From Octopus sinensis (taxonomy: Eukaryota), in the NCBI RefSeq assembly GCF_006345805.1, contig NC_043003.1, positions 28,830,001 to 28,894,000 of the forward strand: 64,000 nucleotides of DNA. Reading direction: 5' to 3'. The notes below the pieces were generated by a model. That model made no database searches, was not told the origin of the DNA, and saw only the letters and a list, made by a program, of their open reading frames with translations. How positions within the stretch are numbered: position 1 is the stretch's first letter; every line of letters begins with the position of its first letter. Positions 25,981-38,183 of this stretch are shown here, piece by piece. A program made the translations under genes and the position numbers.

Positions 25981-26264
25981 TATGCATATATCTGTATCAT
26001 TATATATGTATATATATATATACACGTGCATATATTTATGTGTATGTATAAAGAATATTCACTTACATGCATTCAGACACACATACACGCACATGTTATT
26101 TATGTGAGTTTGTGTGTTTGTCCACACAACCCACTCACATTCATAAACGATAAGCAGTTGAACAATTTTACAGACCAAAGATACTCCTATATTGAATGGT
26201 GAGAACCTCCAATACTCTCAAACAGAGTGAGTATTGGAAACAAAATTGTGGAGATTCTTTTCTA

Positions 26265-27870
26265 CTCTAGGCACAAGGCCCGAAATTTTGGGGGAGGAGC
26301 CAGTCGATTAGATCGACTCCCCTATGCAACTGGTACTTAATTCATCGGCGAGCTGGCAGAAACGTTAACGCGCAGGGCGAAATGCTTAGCGGTATTTCGT
26401 CTGTCGTTACGTTATGAGTTCGAATTCCGCCGAGGTTGACTTTGTCTTTCATCCTTTCGGGGTCGATAAATAAAGTACCAGTTTCGCACTGGGGTCGATG
26501 TAATCGACTTAATCCCTTTGTCTGTCCTTGTTTGTCCCCTCTATGTTTAGCCCCTTGTGGGTAGTAAAGAAATATATATTGAATGGTGAGAACCTCCAAT
26601 ACTCTCAAACAGAGTGAGTATTGGAAACAAAATTGTGGAGATTCTTTTCTACTCTAGGCACAAGGCCCGAAATTTTGGGGGAGGGGCCAGTCGATTAGAT
26701 CGACTCCCCTATGCAACTGGTACTTAATTCATCGGCGAGCTGGCAGAAACGTTAGCTCGCCGGGCGAATGCTTAGCGCTATTTCGTCTGCCGCTACATTC
26801 TGAGTTCAAATTCCGCCGAGGTCGACTTTGCCTTTCATCCTTTCGAGGTCGTTTAAATAAGTACCAGTTACGCACTGGGGTCGATATAATCAACTTAATC
26901 CGTTTGTCTGTTCTTGTTTGTCCCCTCTATGTGTAGCCCCTTGTGGGTAGTAAAGAAATAGGTACTTAATTCATCGATCCCGAAAGGATGAACGGCAAAG
27001 TGGACCTCGGCGAAATCTGAACTCAGAACGTAAAGACAGATGAAATACCTATTTCTTTACTACCCACAAGGGGCTAAACGCAGAGGAGACAAACAAGGAC
27101 AGACAAACGGATTAAGTCGATTATATCGACCTCAGTGCGTAACTGGTACCTATTTAATCGACCCCGAAATGATGAAAGGTAAAGTCGACCTCGGCGGAAT
27201 TTGAACTCAGAACGTAGCGACAGACGAAATACTGCTAAGCATTTCACCCGGCGTGCTAACGTTTCTGCTAGCTCGCCGCCTTACAAAATTGTGAAGATTG
27301 TTATCAAAATGATGACTTCGGAGAGTAGTCGAGTTGGCAATGTCGGATAGAAGGCATTACAGTATTTGTTCTAGCTCTCCATGTTCTGCATTCGAATTTT
27401 GTCGAGGTCAACTTAGCATTTCATTCTTCCAGAATCAATAAATTTTATACCAGAATGCAGAATCGTTAGCGCGCCGACTAATATTCTTAGCAGCATTTGT
27501 TCAGGCGTTTTGCACACTGAGTCAAAATGTTGCCAACGTCAACTTTGCCTTACACCTTTTCGGAGGTCGATAAAATAAAGTACTAGTCATTTACTGAGAC
27601 CGATGTTGTTGACCTCCCCGCCCATTGCCCTCAAAATAACTGGTCTTGTGCCAGAACTAAATCGAGTTGGCAGAATTGTTAACGCGCCGGGCAAAATTCT
27701 TAGCGGCATCTCGTCTGTTTTTACGTTCTGAGTTCAATGCCACCGATGTCAACTTTGTCTTTCATCCTTTCGAGGTCGATAAAATAAGTACCATTTAAGC
27801 ACTGGGGTCGATGTAATCGACTTATTCCCTCCTCCGAAATTGCTGGCCTTGTGTCAAAATTTGAAATCAT
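26265..27870. mobile_element. Nested, inverted family A SINE cluster
   Basis: Plus copies at 26346-26575 and 26735-26960 sit inside a minus copy (TSD ggtacttaattcatcg at 26719-26734 and 26961-26976); minus copy to 27280; older plus copies to 27870. Confidence 0.85.
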
Positions 27871-27914
27871 CATTATTATTAGAATCAAAAGTTTTGAATG
27901 GTACAGCAATGCAC

Positions 27915-28250
27915 TAAAGGGTAAAGACCCCCTTCGGTCATGAATGACCATAGGATTGCACCTAGAAAGTTACCCTCCTAGACACAAGTCCGGGCAAGGT
28001 TGTTTATGGAAGACCAGCAGTCGCCCATGCATACCAGCCTCCCCTCTCCATGCCACTAATGTTTTCCAAGGGAAAGACAAAGGTCGATACAGCTTGGCAC
28101 CAGTGACGTCGCAACTCATTTCTACAGCTGAGTGAACTGGAGCAGCGTGAAATAAAGTGCCTTGCTCAAGAACACAACACGCAGCCCGGTCCGGGATTCG
28201 AGCTCACAACCTCACGATCGTAAGCTCGACGCTCTAACCACTGAGCGCCA
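27915..28250 (-). mobile_element. SINE family C, full length
   Basis: tRNA-like head gctcagtggttagagcgtcgagc…gagctcgaatcccgg, and body through gaccgaagggggtctttaccc. Confidence 0.8.
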
Positions 28251-28581
28251 TGCACTATAATACAGACAATGGGGTATATACCAGTTGTAATTTAGTCATC
28301 CATAGTCTGATATGTTATTTCGGAATAAAAGAAAAGCCGTTAGAAAACCGATTGTAGCAACAACTCCATCTAAGAATATCTGAAGAAAGAATATTATTCC
28401 GAAATATCATATCAGACTATGCATGACTAAATTACAACAGGTATATATAGACCATTGTTTGTAATTTAGTATATTGTTGTACCATTCAAACTTTTTTATT
28501 CTTTACAAACAATACACAATGCTTCAAGCGAACTACAATACTCTACTGTCATTATTATTAACATTATTATTATTATTATTA

Positions 28582-28629
<48 letters not shown>

Positions 28630-28696
28630 CATCATCATTATTATTATTATTATTATTATTTTTATTATAGTATTATATTATATATCATCATCATCA

Positions 28697-28739
<43 letters not shown>

Positions 28740-28899
28740 CATCATCATCGTAATCATTATTATTATATTATTATTATTATCATCATCATCGTCATAATTA
28801 TAGTATATTATGATTATTATTATCTATCATTATATTATTATTATTATTATTGATTATATTATTATTATTATGATTATTATTATACAGTGGTACATAAAG

Positions 28900-29105
28900 G
28901 CAGCGAGCTAGCAGAATAGTTAGCACGCCGGACAAAATGCTTCGCGGCATTTCGTCCGTCTTTACGTTCTGAGTTCAAATTCCACCGAGTTCGACTTTGC
29001 CTTTCAGGGTCGATTAAATAGGCACCAGTTACGCACTAGGGTAGATGTAATCGACTAAATTCCTTCCCTCAAATTTGAGGCCTTGTGGTTCCATTAGAAA
29101 GTGTT
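28900..29105 (+). mobile_element. SINE family A
   Basis: aaggcagcgagctagcagaa head plus conserved body. Confidence 0.8.
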
Positions 29106-29169
29106 ATAATTATTATTTTAATATCTCAGATGCTCAACTTGTGCCTTGAACCTATAGTAGAACCGATAA

Positions 29170-29410
29170 CTGTACCAGCTGTTCACTACTCGTGAACTAA
29201 GGTGATATCTTATTTTCCAGTCCCTAAAACTTTGCAGAGACTCCATGCACTGCTTAGTAATACTGTTTTATAGATATGCTTTATGTTCACTTTCATGCTG
29301 ATCTTGTCCAAATTTTTGCAGTTTCTTTGCTCATGTTCTAGGGTACCAACAATTACTAGCCAATATATATTATATATATATATATATCTATATATATATA
29401 TACTATATAT

Positions 29411-29467
<57 letters not shown>

Positions 29468-29850
29468 TTTCTATTGCTGTTCGATTTCGCCCTTCAAAGT
29501 TTTAAAATTCTCCAGTTTTTCTCTTTTATTTTCGACCATTCCGCCGCCCTATGTGCACGCGATATCTCTGTTCCGGCACGACATTTTATCCATTGTCAAC
29601 AGCACAATATTGGGTTTCCGATGTTCGATTCCATTTACATGTAAAGCCAAAATATTTTTGTTCTATCATTTTCTAGCCCGCATCTTTGCCATTTATTTTT
29701 TCGTTGCATAGATCCCAGTGAAACATTTTGGTGACATTGTCATACCTTTTCTCTGGTCCAATTGGCTGCATTCGCTCATAAAATACCACAATGTGTAGCG
29801 AAACCACACATACTGCATTTGTTAGATTCTAAGGAATGGCCAATTTTGTG
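29170..29850 (-). pseudogene. Decayed RLE-type LINE C-terminus (zinc knuckle plus PD-(D/E)xK endonuclease)
   Basis: Minus translation KCSMCG…THC…RYDNVTKMFHWDLC…EHRKPNIVLL…DIACT…EKLENFKTLKGEI, then KTVLLSSAWSLCKVL; interrupted by (TA)n at ~29365-29462. Confidence 0.65.
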
Positions 29851-30174
29851 CTTAACCCATTTTAACCCAGGTAACCCTGTCGAAATTTTGAAGATAGCTA
29901 TATAAATAGGGAGAACAAACATACGGAAGCGTCCAGTATTGCAGTAAATAAACCAAATACAATGGTTAAATAAATACAACAAGCACTATTTTGCGTTCAG
30001 TTAACCTTTATTGCAGTAAACAAACCAAATACAACTGTCCTCAAATGCAGACAGAGGGTTATTATAATTTGTTCCTGTGCTGCGCATATCAAGACCTCGG
30101 TTTCTGGTCTTTTGTTTTGTAATCACACCTATTTTTTATCTGGATTGTCCTATCATCATCATAATCATCATCAT

Positions 30175-30390
30175 CAAGGCGACAAGCTGGCAGAATCGGT
30201 ACCGCACCAGGAAAACATTCTTAGCGGCATTTCTTCCGACTTTACATTCTGAGTTCAAATGCCGGGATCCAGTTTGCCTTTCATCTTTTCCGGGTCGATA
30301 AAATAAGTACCAGTTGAACACTACCGTCAATATAATCAACTTAACCTCTACCCAAAATTGCTGGCCTTGCGCCAAAATTTGAAATCAACT
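30175..30390 (+). mobile_element. SINE family A (diverged)
   Basis: aaggcgacaagctggcagaa head and conserved body. Confidence 0.7.
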
Positions 30391-31009
30391 ATTTTCTACT
30401 GTGAGAAAGGTCGTCGTGGGGACAAAACTCACACTGATCCTTTTGGGGGAAGGGTTGAGCGAAGGGTTAGCAGGATCTTCAGTGAAGAACAGAAAAAAAT
30501 TAATTAAATCGATAGAGAAATCATCCTTCCTAAAAAATTACCAAGTATTCAATGGTCATACTGCTAGAAATAGTTGCCGAATCTCCCTCAAAGAACTCCA
30601 TAACGACTCATTTAAAAAAAAAGACATATAACATGTCGTCCGAGAAACGTCTAAAAGTCTTGACTGGCACAGCTGGAACGACTGATAACTGTTCAGTTAT
30701 ATCAGAGTTCCCTAGTGATTAAACAACGAGAACTAGGCCAACGTTCGGGACTGAACGGTAGGCTTGACCATCACGTATGAAGGATTTTTTTAATATTTTA
30801 GAATACCTTAGCCACTTAACCACACGCTTTCACTGAGGCTAAATGACAACAACAACAACAACAACAACAACAACAGCAGCAGCAGCAGCAGGAATAGTAA
30901 GAACAGCAGGAACATCTACAAACAACAGCCGTAATCTTTGATTGTATCTTCTGCTCGGAATTGATCTGTGGCTAAAAGACAGCAAAGTAGCAGCAGTTAT
31001 TGCAGCAAT

Positions 31010-31050
<41 letters not shown>

Positions 31051-31149
31051 CAAAAACAGCAGCAGCAACAATAACAACTACGACAACTGAAATCTTTGAT
31101 TGTAACTTTTGCTTAGAATTGATCTCTAGAGATTTTTTTTTCTTTTCTT

Positions 31150-31400
31150 CTTTTTTTTCTTTTTTTTTCTTTATTGCCCACAAGGGGCCAAACATAGAGG
31201 AGACAAAAACAAGGACAGACAAAGGGATTAAGTCGATTACATCGACCCCCCCCCCCAGTGCGTAACTGGTACTTTTATTTATCGACCCCGAAAGGAGAAG
31301 AAAGGCAAGGTTGACCTCGGCGGAATTTGAACTCAGAACGTAGTGGCAGACGAAATACTGCTAAGCATTTCGCCCGGCACGCTAACGTTTCTGCCAGCTC
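31150..31400 (-). mobile_element. SINE family A
   Basis: Conserved body and head in reverse orientation. Confidence 0.8.
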
Positions 31401-31465
31401 GATTGACAACACCAACAGCAATGTTTGATCACAGGACCTTTCAGAGCTGATTTGGGAGCTAAATG

Positions 31466-31507
<42 letters not shown>

Positions 31508-32523
31508 GTAACAACAACAACAACACAACAAGAATAATTGCAACTACAACAGTTACAAGGACGATGACACAAGCTGTAGCACCAGCAACGGCAACAACTG
31601 AAAATCTTTGATCATAAGCCTGCTCAGTAAAATCTGACCAGGGGCTAAAACAACAACGACCACAGCAACCGCAGCAATAGCAGCAGAAATAATAGCAACA
31701 GCAGCAGGAATAACAGCAACAGCAACAACAAAAACCACAGCAACATTAATAGCAATAACAGCAGCAACAACAACAAAAACGACAGAAGCTAAAACCACAG
31801 CGGCAATCTTTGATCAGAAGTCCGTTTGCTCATAAGTGTCATGTATCAAATTCGACTGCAAAACAAAATGTCAGAAGCATAAAAAAAAAAAAAAAGAAAA
31901 CCAGAAAAACGCCACAAACTTACGTCAATGGAATCATAACTGTTCTATAGTTGAGTGGTTATTGGGATTAAACGAATATTATAAGAACAAGAACAAGGGA
32001 ATATGTAAATTAACTGAACTCGGAAACGCGGAGAATTTTATAGGAAAAAAAAGATCACATTCTCTCCGTCAATATCCAGCCCCAACCCCGCAATAGTGCT
32101 TACCGGGTTATTGGAATATTGGAATAAAATATATGGCTATCATTATCAGAAGCAGCAACAACAACAACAGCAGCAATGGTAGCAATATTATTGACGAAAA
32201 ACTGCATGGTAGATATTTTTCTTTCTGCTCTTCAGCGGCAGCTTCGCTGAATCTATTATCGAATCTTTTGCGCGTTTCCTTCCTTTGAATGCGGCCATGC
32301 TGGAGCACAGCCTTCAGGATTGTTTAAGCCGAATAAGTTACCCCCATGAATTAGTATTTTAAGTCTGGTACTTATTCTGTCGGTCCCTTTTGCTGACCCG
32401 TTAGGTTATTGGGGCGTAATCATTCCAACACCGGTCTTTTCAAGCGGTGGTGGGGGACAAACATATAGACAAAGATACATATATAAATATATGTATATAT
32501 ATATATAATATATATATATATAT

Positions 32524-32823
32524 ATAATAGAAATATTAAAATAACTAAGTCTCTCTAAAAGAGAACAGCGGCAGCGTTCCCGGAAAATAATAGTTATCGC
32601 CATACTAATATGGCATTCTTATAAAAATAAGAAAAAAGCTGTCCGCTTATTAGCTCCATGAGGCCATCGCCTTAAGTTAGCTATTTGATACACAAACTGT
32701 ATCCATATAACCTTCGAACAAGGGAGGTCAGTCGCTCCACACTACTTGACCGGCAGCTACAGACGCGTTTCGGGGTATTGCCCCTTTTCAATGCAGCGTA
32801 GCCAGCCAGTAGGTGTCGCTTCC
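32524..32823 (-). repeat. 362-bp HHR-bearing tandem repeat, left partial unit
   Basis: Apparently identical to 38263-38562; ends in the LINE TSD cagtaggtgtcgcttcc (32807-32823). Confidence 0.95.
32756..32797 (-). ncRNA. Minimal type I hammerhead ribozyme, U3-A8 variant (copy 1)
   Basis: GCUGCA-UUGAAAA-GGGG CAAUA CCCC-GAAAC-GC-GUC|UGUAGC: 6-bp stem I, 4-bp stem II, palindromic ACGCGU stem III, GUC triplet; predicted cut between 32762 and 32761. Confidence 0.8.
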
Positions 32824-33078
32824 TAAATCTTTATTATGATTATAAAAATCTTACAGAGATAGTACATTACAATACAAAACATAATTACAAAAAGTTTACG
32901 TTGTTCGTTTGATATTTACATATGTTGATTATTGATTATGATACTAGACTTTACTTTTCTCCTTTTTTTTTTAAATTAAAAATGATTTTGGCCAGCTAGG
33001 TATATCACAGTCAGGATTCTTACCCGACAGCCTAAGAGCCCAGAGACTATTTTCTCCCTTCATGATGACCAAGCAGGG

Positions 33079-36000
33079 TTACTCACACCCACCTTTTTTA
33101 TCACATCCTTCCATCGATTCACATACTTTTTCTGTGTCAGGTTCCTCTTCTCTAAATCCATCTTGCTCTTTAGATGGTATCTGAAGTATTTTAACATACC
33201 ATATCCGAGACAAAGGATCCTGACACCAAACCTTCCAATCTAGTTCTCCACACACACACTCTTTCAGTACTGCCACCGTACAGTGAAAACAAGCCTCACC
33301 TTCCTTTGAGAGTCCAGCTGGCGGTATCATCTTTATTATAGAACCAGCCGATAGCTGTACTCGTCCCAGATGCGACAACACGTGTTCTACGTAACTTATT
33401 AAGCCTGACAGCTCCTGACAATGTACAAAAGCGTGCTGGACGGTTTCATCGTCCAACCCACATCTTGGACATGTCGGTGGCACTGACATTCCATGCCTAT
33501 ATAACTTATCGCGAACAGGTAGAGCATTCCTATAGCACTGCCAAGTCAGGGATTTTTGGTAATTGTCCAAATACCCCGGCTTGAAAGTCTTCTTAAACAG
33601 GTCGGATAGTTGATCCTCATCGAACCCCAGAGACCCTCTTAGGACGTCGTCATTTTTTGCCTCTACCATCCTTCTATAAAATGTCGAGGTGGTATTCCCG
33701 CAGCCGGCTTTGCCTATCTTGTGGATCAGCCAGAGTGCCTGTCGGCACTCTTTCTGCCATAAAGTCAGATTCCGTCTTTTAATGAAACGGGTTTAAATCT
33801 CTCCATAGAGTCCGGTTGCGGGAAGAAATTATCTGCCAGCGGACTCCACACCTTATCACCTTCCAGGTGAAACCAGAGATGTCTCAGTCTCAGCGCATGC
33901 CTGCGCATCATTAACCAAGGCATCCCCAGCCCACCCTTTAGTGGTTCCTGGCAACACACGGAGCGCCTTACAAGTGGCTTTCCTCCCTTCCACAAAAAGC
34001 GGAAAAGGAGTCGATCCAACTTGCTTAGCCACAAATCGGGGCAAGGCACGACAGTCAGGCGATAGGTGATTACAGATGCTATAAACACCTGTACCACCTC
34101 CGCCCTCCCTTTCAAGGAAAGATGCCTTCCGGACCACTCCCGAACTATGGCTTCTACCTTGGTCACTACCTCGCTCCAATTTTTCTCCGTCTGGAGTCTG
34201 AACCAAACCAAACTCCAAGCAATTTAACAGGACCATCTGTCCAGTGTCCAACAACACTGGACGATATCGGCTTGTTCCTCCAGGTGCCGAGGCGCAAACC
34301 AGTGGACTTGTCCTTGTTAACTTTTGCCCCAGCCACCGCTTCGTATCTTCGGAGAGCACCTTCTACACGAGTTAGTTGTGCTTCGTTGGACACGATGAAG
34401 GTGACGTCATCCGCATACGCAGAAACAGACTTACCGCATCCGATTTCATTAGGATTGCATCTCACCGTCTCCAACTTCCGCAGCAATGGCTCAAGAGCCA
34501 AAACGTACAGGAGAGGGGACAAGGGACATCCTTGACGAACTGAACGCTTAATCGAAAACGGTTCCGTTAAGTAACCGTTTATCTGGACTGTGGACTTGAT
34601 ACCGCTGTACATAGCTGATATCCACCCGCGAAAGTCAGGACCTAGCCCAGCCGCTTCGAGAACCGTCGCCAGGTACTGATGATCTACCCTATCAAATGCT
34701 TTACTTTGGTCTAAATGGACCAATGCCCCTCCTTTGCCGGCTAATTGCCCAACCCTGTCTATAGTGTAGCGTAGAAGGTGAAGATTATCTTCGATCGACC
34801 TGCCTGGGATTGCACATGTCTGTGCCTTTCCGACAAGTTTTTCCATGACGACCTTCAACCTTTCTGCTAACACCTTGGCCAAAATCTTTAACTCTACATT
34901 AAGTAGAGTTATGGGCCTATAATTACTAATATTATCCCCCTTGCTCGGGTCTTTCTGGATCAGCGTCACAACTCCCCGGCTCACAGAACTGGGAATCCTC
35001 CCATTCTGTTGCCAGTTTGCGTAGACGCTTGCCAGTATGTCCCCGAACAAGTCCGGCATACAACAATAAAACTCATAGGGCAGACCATCCAGTCCCGGCG
35101 ACTTTTCCCGGGCGCATTCAGCCAAAACCCCTCTTACCTCCGCGGGAGTAATCGGTCCTTCACAGCGTTCCGCTCTGCTTGACGAGAGCCGAGGCCCACC
35201 AGCTAGGAAGTTCTGTAAGTCCTCCCCTCGCTCGAGTGGATCGCCCTCCCCAAACAACCGAGCGAAATGCTGTTGAAAGACCTTCTGTATCTCCTCCTGT
35301 CCATAGATTTTGCGTCCCTGTTCGTCAGTTAAAGACTTAATAGAGGACTTTTTGCCCTTCTGACTCTCCACACGACGTGCCCATCCGGCAACATTAATAC
35401 CTTCTCGTTTCACTGCACGTAGCTTAGCTCTGACTCTACATCCTTCATGCTTGGCATTGAGGTGACGGTACAAGATCGTTCTCTCTGCTAACACTCTAGA
35501 TGCACAGCCAGATCCCATTGCCTCGTCTAAGTTCTTAACTAAATCGCCCTCTATTCTAGTCCTATCTAAACTTAGCTGGTTGCTAAATCTAATGGACTCC
35601 AAACGGATGGCTCTTTTGAGGGCGATCCACCATCTATTATTAATGATGGTTCCACATAATGCCCTCTGGACTAATTCCATAATCCGGTTACGGAAAGCTT
35701 CACAAGCCAAAATAGACTTGTTCATTTTCCAGTATCCGGGTCCCTGTCTATGGCATTTATCTACATGTACCTCACACGTCACTAATTTGTGATCCGTGTA
35801 AGGCACAATACAAAATTGTGGACAGCTAATGCTATTCCTATCTCGTTCTTTAACAAATACCCTATCTATATACGATCTGCGTGAGCCGTCATTGTTACTC
35901 CACGTCCACTGTGGAATGCTCGGCTCATCCATTCGAAACCGATCTACTAGATTAAGCTCGTCAGTAGACCCTTGAGGCAAGGATTCCCCCTTCTATCAGA

Positions 36001-36456
36001 CGAGCCCACACTATCTATCCGCGCATCGATGATAGTGTTGAAATCCCCTACCAATACTACCGTTTTAGACGTCACTAGAAAGTGCTCCAAGTTCCGATAA
36101 AAACCAGTCTGCCTACCCTCATTAGGAGCATAAACAGCTACCAACCTGAAGGACTGCTTACTCACGTGAGTTACATCGAGGACAACCAGCCTACCTTCTG
36201 GGTCCATAAAGACAGTACTTACCTGTAAGTCCAAGTTCTTCCTGATAAGGACTGCCACGCCTGCACTCCCTCCTCGGCTAGGAGAAATAAATTTCTCGTA
36301 ACCATTGAGAAGATGCGAGAACGCTTGGGTTCCTCTCATCTTGGACTCGGTGACAATGGCTACATCTATTCTGTGTGTCCTGAGGTCGTCCAGCAAGCAA
36401 GCCTGTTTCCATTTCGACCCCATTCCACGCACATTTATACAGCCCAACTTAATCAT
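33079..36456 (-). pseudogene. Tx1 ORF2 (APE endonuclease, reverse transcriptase, zf-RVT), frameshifted
   Basis: MIKLGCINVRG…TES…VYAPN…LVGDFN (APE); KSPGLDGLPYEFY, NYRPITLLNVELKILAK, LDQSKAFDRVDH, VRQGCPLSPLLY, YADD (RT); CPRCGLDDETVQHAFVHC. Split over ORFs 35947-36456, 34166-35980, 33765-34211 and 33079-33669. Confidence 0.92.
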
Positions 36457-36469
36457 CGATGAATGAAGA

Positions 36470-37966
36470 AAGTTTGTTACTTACGGTTGTGAGAGGGAGC
36501 ATGGCAGCTTTTGTCTGCCTGCCTCCCCCACACTCTCCGTTGTTGCTGGGCATTTAACCGGCGTTGCCACCGGGCTCTGGGATGGAGTGGCTGCCGGGCT
36601 AATATTCAATTTTCCAGCTATCACGTCTTGTGTGACATCTTTAATCAGGTTGTCCCTCACGTGTAGTTGGAAGAGTCTCTCCTTCCATTCCTCCTCTCCA
36701 ACCTTCGCATACCTCCAATCCGGGTTTTTTTCCGATGATTTGAAACATTTTATGTTTGGTTTCGCCTTTATGTACCAAACTACTCTCTCGTTTTTTGTGT
36801 TATAAGCAATGCACCTATCGGTTTTTTTGAATCCTTTTAAGTTGGGGGCTGGGGTTTAATGAAATGCTGGCCTACAAAAGTAGTGCCAGCGGGGTGGGAT
36901 TGGATAATTTTTTGTGTTGTTCTTCTGCGTTTGTTTTTCTTTTTGTTTGGGGTGGGGAGTCCGGGGTATTGGATTTCTTCCTTTTGTTGGTTACAGTCGT
37001 ATATTCCATTACTTCCAGTTCTTTTCATTTGATAAAATATTTTCCACCTCGTTTTCGTTTTCGCTTTGTTTTCCATTCATTTTCTTTTCCTCCTTTTGAC
37101 TTTCATTTTGCTTTTTCCGGGTATTCTCTTTTGTTGTTGCTGTGATGTCTGCTTGTTCTCCACAGCGGTTTGAATGGGGGCATTAACGGGTTTTTTCTTT
37201 TTGCACTCTGAGCGGACGTGACCCTTCTGCCCACATTTGAAACATCTGGGCCTACGTCCCTCCACCGATACCCGCGCAGTGTGTCCATCCCCCACGAAGA
37301 CCCTGTCTGGCAAACTCTCCAGCGTTGCATTGTCAGCTTGAACGATCATTTCAAGCTGCTGACCTTTCCAAAATTTTGCCTCTTTCATCCTCATGTTTAA
37401 AATGTTTAATTTCTCTTCTACGTCGAATACGACCGCTGTTGCTGCCCACATTACATCGTAACCTGTTGGTATATCCTCTATTGTTATCTTAGCTGTTCTG
37501 CGCCTAAGTACGTGGGCAGCAACAGGATGTCTGCACTCTTCAACGTTTGAGTTGAAATTTCCTTCGCTATGCTAGCCGACTCGAAATGCGCTTCAATAGT
37601 AGCGCTTCTCACTCCTCGGCCAACATAGCGAACCTTGTTCCAAATTGGTGCCATGCACCGTTCTACCAATTCATTTCTTACATCTGCAATCTTTTTTTCC
37701 TTAATATTATATACCTTATAAATTACCGTCTTCTCACGGATTGCTTGTAAGGTGTCAGGGGGCGGTATTATTCTCGTTTCTTCTCCATTCCTTTGTATGA
37801 ACTTTCTGAACTTGAAGAGATCCTCCATTGTTACTTCCAGTTCTATAACATTGCCTCCAACGGCTTCCGAAAAACTTTGTTTCTCCTTTGTATCCATTTG
37901 ATTTCCATTTTTTATAACTTCTCCCATCTCGGGAAAATCAGAATTTGACGTTAAGTCAAGATCCAT
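36470..37966 (-). pseudogene. Tx1 ORF1 (gag-like, CCHC zinc knuckle), frameshifted
   Basis: Starts MDLDLTSNSDF…; contains VSVEGRRPRCFKCGQKGHVRSEC; basic, low-complexity C-terminal half; lies directly upstream of ORF2. Confidence 0.8.
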
Positions 37967-38183
37967 ATTAAAATGCAAGTGACTTGTCACAAGAGACAAG
38001 ATAAATATTAATTCCACACTGAATTAAAGTTCATATATAAAAAGAAATTTTCTACTCCGAAGGGCGAAAATTACTTTGTTCCACAAGTTAATACTCCAAA
38101 AATTGTACGTTTAAATCCAGAACAGAACGAACTAACATAACAGCTTACAGCGTAAAATAATCCGACGTAATCCAAGGAAAAAT

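Larger units (their letters stand above)
32824..38183 (-). mobile_element. Apparently full-length (5,360 bp) Tx1/L1-clade LINE
   Basis: Exact 17-bp TSD cagtaggtgtcgcttcc at 32807-32823 and 38184-38200; ORF1 with CCHC knuckle; ORF2 with APE, RT and zinc finger; 3' end …aataaagattta with no poly(A). Confidence 0.93.

Noticed and set aside
27915-28250. tRNA genes at SINE heads
   Set aside because: A and B boxes are present, but the cloverleaf is incomplete and each head runs into a repeated non-tRNA body.
30400-30640. Possible Tc1/pogo N-terminal HTH remnant (…RIFSEEQKK…)
   Set aside because: Similarity is too weak, with no TIR or catalytic motif.
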